Of a stretch of DNA of 64,000 nucleotides, positions 1 to 14,200 are shown one piece after another. The position numbers and the translations under genes were made by a program. Positions within the stretch are counted from its first letter, which is position 1; each line of letters starts with the position of its first letter. The notes below the pieces were generated by a model. The model was given only the letters and a program-made list of their open reading frames with translations. It was not told where the DNA came from and searched no databases. This DNA is from Lingula anatina (taxonomy: Eukaryota; Animalia; Brachiopoda). The stretch is taken from positions 8,246,001-8,310,000 of the forward strand of contig CM120643.1 in the NCBI GenBank assembly GCA_051362555.1. Direction: 5' to 3'.

Positions 1-559
1 ATACATATTTACTTAAATTTTATTATCAGAGGATACTTTATTCATTTCAAATAATGAAATTATTGTGTTGTTCATATTATTGCTTGGTAAACAAACCTGC
101 TATGGACGAGTTACTTATTCAAGGTGACAAGCGTAGTTCAAAATATATGATTTATTTATACAGGTACATATTTTGTAAGTGGCTACCATGTGGCATTCTC
201 TGTATAATAAATTGAACATTCTAGGAGAAGGTAGATAAGCTGACAGAGAGGAAAGAAGAACTAAAACAGCAGGTGGCTGACTTGACAGATGAATTAGAAG
301 AATCCAAAAAAGCTCACAGGTTTGTAAATCAAAGCTGATTTCAGCAGCTGTTTGTTGCTGGCTGAATTTGATTTTGTATCTGTGATGATGGTTTCTATTT
401 GTGAGCATTGCTGAAATCTAGAAGTATTGCTGAAACCTGGGTCAAACCCGGCTTCTAGTATTATTGTCATGAATAATTGGTTCTTTAAAATAGTTCTTAG
501 TCCTTTAAAATTGTAATGTGTTCTTATGTGAGTATTGTGTTATTTAGCTCTTTTAAGTG

Positions 560-611
560 AATGTTGTAAGACGCATTGAGATTTTTAATGGAATGCGCCA
601 TAGAAAAATAA

Positions 612-649
<38 letters not shown>
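560..649 (+). mobile_element. 3' terminus of an L2/CR1-type LINE (or SINE sharing its tail)
   Basis: TGTAAGACGCATTGAG...GGAATGCGCCATAG contains a CGCATT/AATGCG stem-loop, followed by AATAAA and a (TTA)n tail. This is the usual layout of L2/CR1-clade 3' ends (family knowledge, not searched). Confidence 0.5.
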
Positions 650-2299
650 CCTTTATATGGCACGGTTTGTCAGGCACATGCATGTGCACACTTCTGATGA
701 TATCTTCTGTCCTCTTAGCAACATTATCATCATCATTATGATTATTATAGATATGCTGTAGGTGGCTGTAAGTGTCTCAAAGTGATATCATTATGTCTAA
801 ATATCCTGCAATTTGGAGTTACTGATCATTTCCAATTCAGACCTTATATATTACAAATGTTAAAACCCGTGTCAATACGTGTGCCTGATGCCAATTCTTT
901 CTAATTTGTACAGGAAGGCTAAGTGGGTCAAAATATATGGAGGGCCTTTTCACTTTCATTATAGATTAGAACATGCCATTGTGTGCAAGAACTTTTAAAT
1001 GGTGATTTATCTATATATTATTATTATTATTATTAAAATCACACAATTATCAAGATTTAAGATCCAGTGAAACCCTTCAGTTTTATCAATGGCATCAAAG
1101 GGTGATACAGGTCAGACATAAAATCTTGTGACTCTATTCCCTTGACTTTGGAAGATTTGGTGGACAGGTAATGATAATGGTTTGTTTTTGTAAGAATTAA
1201 TTGTTCGCAGAAAGCATGTGTTTCATGTCTAATTTTAAATTATAAGAAAAAAATTAAAACTGATCTTATTGCAATCAGTGAGAGTCCCTGGGGAGTTGGA
1301 TCGATCTGCGTAAACTGATAGTTGCATTGGGAACGTGCCTTAAAACTCATGATTCAAAATTGGCCATGAACATTTTCATCAGAGACCGTATTCCCATGAC
1401 AGCTTTAATGCCTTGACAACCAACACTTTTGATATAATTGTTGAATTATCATCAACTTTATACTTTATTACGGATAATAGAGGAAGCACTTGGTAATCAG
1501 CGACTGTGTATAATAAGATCCCTGGAAACATTCAGGTAATTCACACTCAATCCATAGTAGTTACACAACTGTTAGTACTTACTAATAGCTTAGTATATTA
1601 TTGGCATTATGAATTGTATTCTGTATCAAGATATGCAGCGTTGACAGCTGGCAAATGTAAGAATTTATCTTTTATTATTATTATTATTATTATTGTACTG
1701 GACTCAACAAGGCAGTCCTCAATTTCACAACAAATCTTGGAACAGTTGTATTCAAACAGCGTGCGACTCTATTTGGCAGACAACCATATATTTTGTCTGA
1801 AACCATTATACAAAACCTGACAATTGTCAAACTGCATGCAACTTACACAAGGTCGTGTTAGGACATTAGGTCTTTTAACATTGAATAAAGATCTGATTCG
1901 CAGGAATTTTGGCAGAACGGTCATGTTCAGCAAACATTCACAGTTTTTGTAGAATATCCCATTACATCATTTATGTTGCCATGGTTTTAGCTCCTGCTTG
2001 CGTCACAGGTGGAATGTTTTTTAATTACCAAGGTGCTTTAAGGCTGTCTTCAGATCAGTCAATACAAAAAGGTCATATCTTATGAAAGTACAAGCTTTGC
2101 CTCGTAAAAGATAAATGGCCTGGTATAAATTGTTGCTGCACATTTACTGAAAGTTTGTATTTTACCATGCAGTGAGGCTCATGGCAAATTTTACAAAGTC
2201 ATGTCTTACAAGATTGCTGCAAAGCTTCATATTTCCAGCAACCTTTTTTCCCTAATTTGCAGACAGAGGTACTGGCAGACCTGATTATCAGACTTGCAA

Positions 2300-2570
2300 A
2301 CAATTTTTTCTCTTAATTTGTCATTTTTGACCTAAAAAAGTTTCCCTTAACTAAGTAAGCAGTGGGTAGTGGTATAATGGCAAAAAAAAAAAAAAAAAAA
2401 CTCAAAAAATGATTTTGCATATTTGAGTCATATTTGAGACTTGTACGTTGTACAATTTCATCTCTTTATTTGTCGTTTATGACTCTTAAAAAGTTTCTGT
2501 TAACTAAATAAGCACTGGGTAGTGGTTTAACGGCAAAAAAATCTCAGAAAATGATTTTGCATATTTTAGC
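2300..2570. repeat. Local imperfect duplication (~110-125 bp x2) in LRRCC1 intron
   Basis: AAAAAGTTTC..TTAACTAA.TAAGCA.TGGGTAGTGGT.TAA.GGCAAAAAAA..CTCA.AAAATGATTTTGCATATTT occurs at ~2335-2423 and again at ~2489-2567. Confidence 0.75.
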
Positions 2571-2681
2571 CATGACCAACAGTGTTAATACATAGCAGTA
2601 AACAAGCAGTGGTTATTTTTGTGTTACTTTTGTTGCTGTTCTGCTCTTGAATTGCTGTAACAATTTTATGCTTTATTTCAG

Positions 2682-4278
2682 TATTCTAAATAAACGTTGG
2701 AAGGAAAAGTCTGAAGTGATCGGTCAGCTGGAAAAACAAGTTCGGCAGATGAAAGATGTTTGGGAAAACAATGAGAAGAAACTAACTGAAGAGAGGGATA
2801 AAGCTATTCAGGGAGCAAGGTAACTCTTTACTACTCCATACAGACATACTTTGAACTCAATCTGGGTTTTGTTTCACATGACATTCAGGGGTGGATGGAG
2901 GCCGTCAGAATTTCTCATGTTTACATTGATAGGCATCTAATTTTTCTATCGGAAGACGGTCAAAAAATTTCAAAATTTTGTTGATGATCGTCTTACTTTG
3001 TCTGTGACAGTTTTTGGTGACTTTCTTACTACCCGGTGACAATAGATGTGATGAGACTATGGTCACCTCAAGTGGTAAAGATCATATCAAAATCTGACAG
3101 TCTTCCAAATGAACTGTCATCAGTTGACAAGCTTACTAATAGCTGATTTAATTAAAATGCCTGATAGCTCACCAGAGGGTATGCAAGATCTTGTAAACAA
3201 TTAAACTTGTTAATTATGCATCGCAACGCTCCCCAAGACAGGTAATTCAATTTGTCAGATTCTTGGTAGGCTTTTATATTTTTTTCAATATATCTCTCTT
3301 ATTTCATGAGGTAGTGTAATTGGTATTTTTAAATGACATTTAATATCAATATTTAAAACAAGTGAGTTCAAACACAGTTGCAAATTTGAACATTCATAAA
3401 AGAGAACCCTCTCTGGGTATCTTGAAGTATGCACAAATATCCTTTGTTTCTAAAGGATATTTCAACCAAAAGATTTATAATTTGAAACCTAAGTTCTGCA
3501 TCTTTACATGTTTTGCGCTGCCTTTTTAAATAGGTGGTACTTGTTCGCTTCTTAAAACCTACTGCTGCTCAGGGCAGTAGCAATGGCGGCGAAAAAGATC
3601 TATCATCGATTTAAAAAAAAAAAAAAGAACTTTCAGCTAGCTTGGGAAAGGGAATTTTTGTTGGCAAGACCATGACTAGCTGGCCCTGCAGGTTGTCGTA
3701 CAAAAAGTTGCTCTAATCAGCCAGATACACATGAAGATGTCAGTAACTTTGACTCACTGTTTGACAGTGTTGGCAGTGACCATTTTATGATTAGATGATT
3801 AGAATAACTTTCCCCTAAAAAAGTAAATTCTATGAAAAAATACCGGTAACTGTGACAATCATGTGTCATTGTGTGTGTGTGTGTGTGTGAGTGCATGGGG
3901 TGTGGGGGATGGGCCAACAAAGATAATTTGAAAGACTGTCGGAAAATATCTCTGGATCCGACCCTCACATTGCCAGACAACCAGGTTGCATTGGTTGTGA
4001 TCAAAGAGTCTCAACCCAGTGGGAAGTCACTGCAGACCATTCTCTGCAACTTTTTCGCAATTTTTTATTACTTGTTATAAAGCACTATTCATTGCTAGCA
4101 GCTGATTGGTCTATTATGAAACTCTAGAACTGATTAAAAATTGATGACTCTCAGGAAGGTTTTCCAAGCTGAAGTTTGAATAGACTTTATGGGGATGAAT
4201 TAAATCATGGTTGATCTCTTTGGCTTTTATTGTTTTGCCCAAAAATTTAAAAAGCTTTTCACGTTTCATTGCTTTAGT

Positions 4279-4328
<50 letters not shown>

Positions 4329-5380
4329 CTCATCCTTGTCTCTGGTATCATCTTTTCAGACAGAGTACAGTTTGCTATAGAGTGGTGTCAGAGTTATAAT
4401 ATCTAAATTTCTCATTCCACTTTACAAAGAATAGACTTTCGTCATAAGCGTAAACATGTGCTTGACTGTTTGCTTACTTTTCATTATTTTGTAACATTTC
4501 TCTATACCTACATTTTGCACATGCTGGGGTCGTGCTAGTAAATTATTTTGCTTGGCCAAATCACTAATTTTTCCATCACTTTTTCCTCCATATGCTTTGA
4601 ATTAGACTAAAACAAATCAAATCAACCCTATTTTGTTTAGCCAAGTTAAGTCAGTTTTAGCATTTGGCTAAATTGGTGAGTGTTAGCACTTTCCTGAACA
4701 TGGTTTATGGGAATAAATATTCTTTAATATGTGATCAGTTTATTTCTCCTCCACAGTGCTGCTGTAGAGAGAATGAAGACCATGGATGATGCTTTCAGGG
4801 CACAGCTGGACCAGAAGGAACAGGCACACAGAGAACAGATGGGGAAACTGGAAGCAGAGAAACAAGTGGACCTGGGGCAGGCTCAGCAGAGAGTGAGTGG
4901 TTCACTGGCAGGAAAGAACACGACTTTACTTTTCCCTTAGCTGCCTTACAGTCATGAGAAACCACAAGTTAATTCAGGGGCAGATCCAGAGATATTATCT
5001 GACAGTCTTCTAACTAATCTTTGTTGATCCATCCATTTTTGACCGTCCTCCGACAGAAAATATTAAGCTGTGTAAACTTGAAAATCTGACCATCTTCTGG
5101 AAGACCCAGAAGACGGCCTCAATCCGTCCCTGTAATTTATCCCTTTTTCTGTCTCTCCTGCAGAATTTTTGTTTTGGCCACACTAGCTTAGTCTTGAAAG
5201 ATCACACTTTTATTTTTACTCTTTCTGTTCTGCAAGGTTGTCTTTCAATCCTCAGTGATGAGATCTTTGTGGGATGAAAAATTGTATCTGTTAATCAGTC
5301 AGTTGATTAAATAATTTAATCATTTACTGGGTTAATCTATTATTTATTTATTTATTTATTAGATTTATTTATTTATTAAT

Positions 5381-5415
<35 letters not shown>

Positions 5416-5544
5416 TAGGTAATGCAGGTAGAAGAAGAGATGAGACAGCTTCTAAGAGAAACAGAAAACAACAAGAAGATGATGGAAGAAAAGATAAGGA
5501 AGATGAGCCAAGTATTTGGTGATTTACAGAAAGATTTATTATAG
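2682..5544 (+). CDS. LRRCC1: Leucine-rich repeat and coiled-coil centrosomal protein 1, last three coding exons (gene starts upstream of the window)
   Basis: Exons 2682-2819, 4757-4892 and 5419-5544 have AG/GT sites and consistent phases (2,2,0). They encode ILNKRWKEKSEVIGQLEKQVRQMKDVWENNEKKLTEERDKAIQGASAAVERMKTMDDAFRAQLDQKEQAHREQMGKLEAEKQVDLGQAQQRVMQVEEEMRQLLRETENNKKMMEEKIRKMSQVFGDLQKDLL*. This matches the recalled human LRRCC1 C-terminus (LNRKW..KGELL..LE.QVK, KKLKAERDK, MDDAFK, EKEMRELL.ET..NKK.ME.KI). AATAAA at ~6251 and ~6310. Confidence 0.9.
2886..3966. mobile_element. Split or long copy of the CAGGGGCGGAT-TIR MITE family, 5-bp TSD ACATT
   Basis: Left half (2886-~2968) and right half (~3903-3966) together reconstitute the ~160-bp element seen at 4975, 7906 and 10692. 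ACATT flanks both outer ends (2881-2885, 3967-3971). Confidence 0.65.
4975..5132. mobile_element. Non-autonomous DNA transposon (MITE), CAGGGG(C)GGAT TIRs, 5-bp TSD TAATT
   Basis: CAGGGGCAGATCC...AATCCGTCCCTG with TAATT on both sides. Homologous to the copies at 7906-8070 and 10692-10857. Confidence 0.8.
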
Positions 5545-5847
5545 TAGTTCAGAGTGTGGTGTTTTTGACAATTGAATAACAGTTTAAAAAATTTTTTTTC
5601 CTACAGCCAAATTGTACAGAAAGATTAACAATGCGGTGGGTTGAAATTAGCAGAAAATGAAAATTATTTATTAATAAAAGAAACTTTATAGGGATTATTA
5701 GAGTTGTATTGATGATGATGAGTGTATATTTATTCTTATGAGGGAAGCAGTCATTATTGGAAATGAACTTATATTTATTCACATGTTGATTATTTTCATT
5801 AGGAAAAAGATTGCATTTATGAAGCTCCTGCCAGGAGATTTTCTTTA

Positions 5848-6103
5848 GGGTTCAATCCCACTGAAACTATCGATCTACGTACATCGATCCAACTTTGCCA
5901 GGACTCTCACTGAATGCAATCAGTTGAACAGATATACACGCCTTTTCTTGTTTCCAACTTATTTGTATAATCACCAGCTTTTCTGAATTTTATTCAACAA
6001 CAGGAGCAGGCGTGTTTATATGTTAAACTGATAGTACTCAGCGTGAGTCCCCGCAGAGCTGGATTGATCTGTGTAAACTGATAGTTTCGGTGGGAATGAG
6101 GCC
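5848..6103. mobile_element. PIF/Harbinger-like MITE in LRRCC1 3' region
   Basis: Long imperfect TIRs (GGGTTCAATCCCACTGAAACTATC / GATAGTTTCGGTGGGAATGAGGCC) with TTA on both sides. A half copy lies at ~1255-1340 and related copies at 26401 and 38340. Confidence 0.65.
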
Positions 6104-6610
6104 TTAAACAACCTCAGACAATTAAATTGATTGGGCTTCAGCTTTTGTGGTTACAACAGTGACTGCTGTGAAAATTGTATTTTACATTAATAAGTGTGAT
6201 GCCCCTGAAGAGGAGCATTGTCTGCTGTAACAATCCAGTTGGAATAGAAAAATAAATGCTGATTTATTGTATTGAAGTATAAAAACCAAGGACACATTTG
6301 TGTTTTTGCAATAAAGATTTATATCTCACAGACAAGTCAACAGCTTGTTGCTACATTGTGATTCGTTGGAGGCTAAAATTAATCCATGGTGCTGTCTATC
6401 ACACCATTTCTGAATGGTATATGTTCTGCTGAATTTGAATTTTTGTAAATCACCTAGGGATTTGATCAGATTCTAATATTTTGGAATGATAACTTAGTCT
6501 TGGAATGAACCAGAAGTGTCTTGTCTCATGGAGTGTCACACACATTACACAGTGTATATGAATAAAAGAGGCAAATTTAAACCAAAAAATGCATGAACTT
6601 ATAAGTTTAA

Positions 6611-6945
6611 AGGGATAATAACTCTTCGTATGAGATCTATATTTCACAATAAAAACATTGTGAACAACTTATAGAAATATAATATATTCTGTTTTACCAC
6701 AAAAACAGCAATTATAGCTATTATCCTGATATCTGAGCTTGTCTTTAGACCACGTGACCTCCATTGATAGCTATACTCTGTTATAATCTCTTAAGATTAT
6801 AACAAAAAAAAAACTTTTTAGAAAACAAACCAGGGACTAACTTTGAATGTAAAAGTGGATTCATTAACAATTGGTAAGTATGGGAAAATTGTTGTTTACT
6901 CCAGGAAAATTCATTTTTTGGCCAGAACAAAGAGTTATTATCCCT
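6611..6945 (+). mobile_element. Kolobok-like non-autonomous DNA transposon, copy 1
   Basis: TTAA TSD on both sides. TIR AGGGATAATAACTCTT / AAGAGTTATTATCCCT; AG termini with TTAA suggest Kolobok rather than piggyBac (CC). Near-identical copies at 37949 and 45333. Confidence 0.8.
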
Positions 6946-7543
6946 TTAATTCCTCAAGAATTATTCCTTAAATTCAAAATTTTTTTTTTCTCTTCTGTAT
7001 GTTTTTGCCTGTGATAAATAAATGTTTTGACTTGATAGCTCTTGTTATATGTACATCTTGGAAGTAAACAGTCATAAGGCATTCAGAGACAGACTTTGTG
7101 CTTTTTTTTTTTGTCACAACATAGTCAGCCGGAAAACTGACATTTGAGCCCATGAACCATCAGTGTTAATGCAACAAAATTATGGAACGAAGTGATTTGA
7201 GGCCCATTACATAAACATCGGCATTTAACAGAAGTCCCTGTGACACATGCAGATGAATTGTGTGAAGTAGTGCTGTGTACCCTCCAGCTTTATAATTAAA
7301 ATTTATTTAGTAATAAATATTAATAATTTTATAAGTAAAATTTGTTGACTTCAAGGGCACATCTTTGAGCATGGTCCCAGTTTCAGAAACAAACAAATTT
7401 AAATCAGTTCCCTGGCTTAGATGTAGTTGACTATGATTTCCATGTGAGTGCTGTAACACTGTTCCTGATAGGGTAAGATGTGCACATGTGACCATGTAAC
7501 CTTGGTAATTAAGTTCTTAGCCAGGGAAACTGACTTAAGTTTT

Positions 7544-7578
<35 letters not shown>

Positions 7579-7905
7579 TGTGAAGCCAGGGCCTGGTGTA
7601 CCCTGAGTGAAAAGGGTTACTAGAAACTTCAAAGGCATGCTGACAAATGGAGGTGAGTTTCCAGGGATCTCGGAAACACGAGGAGACCACTTGTGAAGGT
7701 GTGATACTGAGAGGAGAATAACAGGAAACCTGACATTAAAAAATTGCAGTTAAGTGTGCATACAGGGGATTACACAGTAAACTGTAAGTGGTTGTATGAT
7801 AAAGCTCAGGCCCAATCAGAGAATAGAATTTCATGAAATACATTTTGCCCAGTTTTTCTTCTGAGAATTTTTTTCCAGAAGAGGTGCCATTCAATTTGCT
7901 GTTAC

Positions 7906-8070
7906 TAGGGGTGGGCAGAGGCCATCTTCTGGGTCTTCTGGAAGGTTAAAATTTTTCAAGTTTACATTGATGGGCAGCTAATTTTTTGTCAGAAGGGGGA
8001 CAAAAATGGAGGATCTGTTGACAAATATCATTTGGCAGACTGTCAGAAAATATCGCTGGATCCACCCCTG
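7906..8070. mobile_element. MITE of CAGGGGCGGAT family (reverse orientation), 5-bp TSD GTTAC
   Basis: GTTAC at 7901-7905 and 8071-8075; body homologous to 4975-5132. Confidence 0.8.
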
Positions 8071-10691
8071 GTTACCGTTTATTGTTTATTATATTATACC
8101 GTACTATCAAAAGAAATTATTTGGACAAAGGTTACCCAACTATTTCATTTCAATTTTTTTTTCTGTACTGATGCATAGATTATCATGGCCTTAGTTTGTA
8201 TAATACGTACAATATAATAATGCCATTGGTACATTACCCTTCTGTAATTGGTATTTGCATAACCAGAATGTAAATGAACATAGATATTAAATATTAATAC
8301 ATGTGACATTTCTAAAGTTACTTGATTTTGAATGATTAAGAAATATACAGTGTAGTAATTTCTGACCAGAACAAAGAATGTCCTAAATAATAATAATAAT
8401 AATAATAACAATAATAATAATAATAACTATTATTATTATTATTATTGTTATTATTATTATAAAAATATTTAGAGTACAAAATCCAAATTTGTTCAGTAGA
8501 CTACAATGCAGCACAAATAAAGAAAAAAAAAAAAGGCTGGTGAAACAAAAGGAGAAATTGATTAAAACAAATGATGTAGAAATTAAAAATGTTACTTTAT
8601 CGCTCTCTTTAAGAAGTCATTCTAAAGATTTTCCTATTTTTTTAAAGAAAAGTCTTATATTCTCTTTTAAAAGTAGCCAGAGAGTCTATCCTATATAGTA
8701 AAAATGGAAGTAAATTCCATTCCCTGAAAATTTCAGTTTTCCAGATTCTTTCCTGATTCGGCAGTGGAAATGTTTATAGAATTGTTACAGTATTAAATGT
8801 AATAAAATCAAAAACAATGTCAAAGGTTAAGTAAGGACTGTCACCTTGAAAAGGATCTTGAGATACGATCTTATAATTAATGAAAAATCTGTCTTGGAGC
8901 ACAGTGATAATCTGGCAGACATGCAAGTTTGTGTGCTTTAAAACCATCTTATTCTGTTGTCTTTACATTTTCCCTTTTTCCCCTATCCATTAAGTTTCCA
9001 TTATTCCCAATTGCCTTTAGGCAAAAGTTTTATTTATGTTATACAGAAAGGCGTGTTGAGTGGTTTTAATGTGAATATGTCAGCACAAAGTATAACTTTT
9101 TCCCTGAAACCGTCTTTATACTACACCTGTGGGTTAATAGCATCACACGAGACATTTTACTTGGATATTTAATAGTGTTAAATCAGGTCAATGGAAAATT
9201 ATACTGTCCCTGTAGTACACAGACTCTAATCATAATGTAGCAAACATAAAGCTTTATACACAATGATATATTTAAATTTGTGCCTTGGTTTTCTCACCAG
9301 ATATAAAATGTCAATGTTTCAGGTCCATTTTATAAGCAGTGCTTATGACATAGAAGTAATTAACCTTTGTTTCATTCATATTTATATCTCTATTTTGTAT
9401 CCATGGGGATGTTTGTGTGGGTGATGCCTGCAATATCTCTCCCAAGGAATATTTTCATTATTATCTTTCATCATTTATCAGACCTAAATGGGCATTGTGA
9501 TTTCGAAACCACCTGGAGGCAGCCTTGTCACCATGTTCTTGTCATCAGGGATGAAAATTGTCTTCCAGATAGAAAATTAATGCATCTTTTGGTATACCAT
9601 AATGTTAATAGTCGTAGTTTATTCTGTGGGAGTGAAGTTCGTGGCATGTCAGTCTCATTTTAAAATGTTAGCATAAGATATTCCTTGATAAAGCAAGTTG
9701 TCATTTCTAATTAATTCATTTTCTTTTTGTCGAATGAACATGGTAACAAGTGAAAGTTTTTATTCATGTTTCCTGCTGGTCGACAGCATTTTGTACATCA
9801 TTATTTTTTCCGTTTGTGTGGATTTGATCATTAGTTTCCAAAAAAAAAAAAAAAAAAAAAAGGCACTGATAATATTTTGCTGCTAATTGGAAATGAGAAA
9901 ATATTAAAGGTCACATTATTCTTATCACTGAATACTGCAAAGGCTGCAGTGAAGCCCGTATCAGTTGTTTTTAATGTTTTTTGACATGCAGGTTTTAGGA
10001 ATTCCATGCTGTGATGTAAATATCATAATCACAGGGGAGTACAACAGCATTGTTCTGATCTTGATTTAGTATTTGATATGGCTGGTATTAGCAAGAACAG
10101 TGCCTTTTCGTGGAATTGGGGATTTGTATTGTATTTGTATTACTGTATTGAAATGCAGATATCTTAGTTTTGTTGTAGGAGGTTATGGAACACAGGCAGA
10201 GAGATGATTAGCAAAGAGACAATTGATCTGATAAAGGCAGTTGTCCAAAATGAATTCAGATATAATAGTGGGAAGTAGGTTGTTAAGTAGAATTAGGAGA
10301 AGATAGCCCAAGAAAAGGCATAAATGAAGGCCAAGCCTCATCCTTTCTAGATGTGATTTTTTTTCTCCACTTAATGTAATTGTTTTTTCTACCATGGAAA
10401 ATAAGACAAAATCACAGGAAAGGAGAATTAAAGTGAACTCTATGGATAACATGAATACAGGAACATGGAATGGGAGTCATTTCAATCTTAGAAAGAAATT
10501 AATTAGACCAATACCTTCCCATGAAAAGTTTTTGTTTTTTTTTTCATTTAATGTAGAGAAGAAATAATGTGCTATCATTAATATAATTCTAATAATGTAG
10601 TCATTTCTTTGTGGACGTTGAAGGCAATCACAGTAATACACACTAGGTCTTTACTTATGGTGGGAGGGGAGGCTTTCTGTGTAATTTGTAT

Positions 10692-10857
10692 CAGGGGCGA
10701 ATCCAGAGATATTTTCTGACAGTCTTCCAAATTATCTTTGTTGATCCATCCTCCATTTTTGACCGTCGTCTGACAGAAAATTAGATACCCATCAATGTAA
10801 ACTTGAAAATTTGACTGTCTTCTGGAAGACCCAGAAGACTGCCTCAATCTGCCCTTG
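10692..10857. mobile_element. MITE of CAGGGGCGGAT family, 5-bp TSD TGTAT
   Basis: TGTAT at 10687-10691 and 10858-10862; body homologous to 4975-5132. Confidence 0.8.
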
Positions 10858-11045
10858 TGTATATATAGGAGACATGCTCGTGACAAGTCGCACGTAGTTG
10901 ACTTTACTGCATGTAGTTTGTCAGTAGTTTGGCAAGTCAATCTACCCAGGTGAATAAGTCAAATGTGTTAATTTTTACTTATAATTTCTCTGGCTTCTCT
11001 TTCACACTTTAAAAGAATGAATGGGCAAAATTAACATATATTCAA

Positions 11046-11250
11046 TGGCTGCATTCACAGCATAGTTGATCCACAGACTAACAGATCTGCAGATCAAATA
11101 TGGCTGACCCACTTGAAATCTAGCCAAGTAATCCTTATTGGGAATCTATTCAGTGTCTATTAGGGGATTATGCAGCAAGCTTTCAAGTGGGTCTGCCATA
11201 TTTGATCCGCAGACCTGTTGATCTGGATCAACTTTGTTGTGAATGCTTTC
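11046..11250. mobile_element. Palindromic PIF/Harbinger-like MITE (GCATTC...CAGATC(C/T)GC(G/A)GATCAAATATGG family), decayed copy
   Basis: Inverted arms GATCAAATATGGC / GCCATATTTGATC; homologous to 20508-20667 and 26876-27062. Confidence 0.7.
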
Positions 11251-14200
11251 TATTTCCCACATAGTAAAGTGTGAAGTTTTGGTACTCTAATCTTTAACTA
11301 ATGGAACCATGTTACATAGACCTGCCTAAAATCCACATACATTGTTACTGTGGGCAGCAATTTTAAAAGGGACTAATTAAAAAAAAAATGGTCCTTTTTT
11401 GCCCCTAGGTGACATAGTTTGAAAAATGGCATAGAACCTATAGGTCAAATTTTGATTCAGAGAAAACCTTTTCTGACCAAAAGGGCAATTCTTTCGAATC
11501 CCCCTCCACCTATGGGCTGCTCTCAGGTTACTCATGTCAACAGTGAAATATGTAAATCATAAACACAAGCAAAATCAATAGTCTAAATAACCAGAATAAC
11601 TGTACACATACTTATGTGTTTTATTAGAGCTCCTACAGAGTAACCATGTGCATATTTTCTAGCAGGCTGTATTTTGATGTTACCAAAGAGATGCTGAGAA
11701 TATGCTACTCGATATCAATTAAAGGCAATACAGTCTCCCTGGAAAACATGTTATAAATATCAAAACAGTGATAATTGCCTGGATTAAGAAAGTTATTTTG
11801 ACATACGACATGACCATTAGTGTAATTTGTGCTGCATTCTGTATATATGTGCAGTTAAGCCTTAAGGTGAATGCTGATGACAAGTCACTGATTAAAGACA
11901 ATGGCCTTTATATTCCCTACTAACGAAAAGCTCAGTAAGAATTGTTCCGATTCCAAGAACAGTAAAGTCCAGTTTCCAGAGTGTTGGCCAGACCAATGTG
12001 GGCTAGAAATGAGGCAATACCAAGCATTTTTCAGTCTTCTACATGGCTGTCAATACTTATTATGTGAAATCCTTCAACAACTGTATTTCAGCTTCATGGT
12101 GTAGCTAGAAACGTAAATTATGGTTCAAATGTAAGGGGAACTGCAATAAAGTATGCAGTTTTCTGTCATGTTAAATTTGAAATGAAACAAATGTGGTCAA
12201 CAGTTGTTATTTAGAAATCTACTATAAAGGTTCACTTCAAATCATCTGAATATATCATAGTTTCTGTTGCATGTAAAGTGCCACCCACACAGGTCTTATA
12301 TTTTCGTGACTGAGTTAAGTGTCAAAATCTATGTTTTTGTGATCACTGTAAGACACAGACATAACTGAAACCACATCACTGTATCGCAACTTGAAAAATG
12401 AAAATGTCCAACCTATTAGCAATGTCATTTAAAAGTCAGAGCTTATTTGGAAACCTTAAAAAAACTGTTTTTATCTAAGATTTTTTTTTTTTTTTTGAGT
12501 GTGTGTGTGTGTGTGTAAGAGAGCAAGGTAAAAGCCCTGACAATACAAAAATTATTGACAAAAGTATAAATGTCCTCAGAAATCCTATTAAATCATGCTT
12601 AAGTCACAAAAGTACAGGTTTATCATTAGCTCTACATGATTTTCAGTCAATTTTCTTCATGAATGAATAAATGGAATAAGTCAATCCATTTAAATATTCT
12701 TTTAATTTTTCATGAATAGATTTATTATATTTTCAAATAAATAAATATTCATCTAACATATTGTTTTGATTGATAAAGAGTGTTCTTTAAAAAATCAGAA
12801 ATATCAATTTCTAGCAACATTCAAATAATATTCTACAAAATCGTAGAGAAAACTTGTTACAAATCCTGTGAATAGATAATATATCATTGTATAATGGGAA
12901 ATTGGATATCTTACAAAACCTTCAATTAGTTGATACAAAAATGTCAGCCTCGCTATCTGTTTTCTTGTTTCCATCCTACATGAATGTCATCAAATGAGTC
13001 CAATTTACTTGTTAATTGTGATTTTTCTCTTAGAAGAGCCGTTATCAATCCTAATGCCCCTGATGACGTGCACTAATTTACTAGACAGGGACCAATTTGC
13101 CAACCAAGTAAAATATGAAGGCGGTGATTTCACAATGATGCGATTCAAATGATGACTAAAGCATGGCTTGATATACATCAGCAAATGAAACAAGACAACT
13201 TTGCCTTATTCTGGAGTTAGTTGAGACTTTTGAACACATTTGCTTTAAATGGACAATATATATTGAAATGTAATAACAGTAGAGATGAAAGTATTCTGGT
13301 TACATTTGGAAATTTGGGTATTGTAGTCACCCTCTCCCCCCCCCCCCCCCCCCTCCAAACCCTTTTATAGAACATCTTCAGAGCTTTTTTAAAAGGTCTA
13401 CTTTTACCTCCACAAATGTTTCTTAATAAATGTTATATGAGAACTACACCATTGGCAATATTCTTTTAAATTTACTAATTGACATTAACATAAACACATA
13501 AATGCACATTAGGAAACAACACTTTAATAGAAAATAATAATAAATAAATAAATAAAAATAAAAGGGGACTATTTAAAACAGGAAATTTGGTATAAAGATA
13601 CTGGTATATCTGAAATCAGGAGCCTCTCTGTTTATGGCTGCTACTGGCATTTCATTTTGGGCTCTCCATTTGAACAACAGCATTCTCATTAGTCTGAGGT
13701 GGTTGAACAGTGCGTCCGACCACGAGCCTCGGGTTCATTCATTTCCCCAAGCCCATGATGCCCAACAGTTATCTAGGAATGAGGCAGTTTATTGGAACAC
13801 GGAGATAAAAAACTCTGATCATCACTCACACAGACCTATCCTTCACAGTTTATTCGATATAAAACATTCACAGATAAATCACAAATTAAATGCAAGACGG
13901 GGAACATCAAGATCAATTTCATAGTCCTATACAGAAATCTCTATTTTTTAATTCCTGTCACTTTTTTGTGCATTCATTATAAAAATACAGGTTTGGCAAT
14001 TGAAACCTTGAAATTTATTCTAACAGTCCATTTCTTTTGTTCTCTGAAGTTCTCAACTGACCTATGAAATATGATATACACAGGTAACTCTGAATATTCC
14101 CATTGCTGATTATACTATATTCAAACTGACATGGAATGTAACAGTATTCTCCAAGCAAATACATCTGACCTTTGTAAAGGCCATTTAAAACAACTGTACG

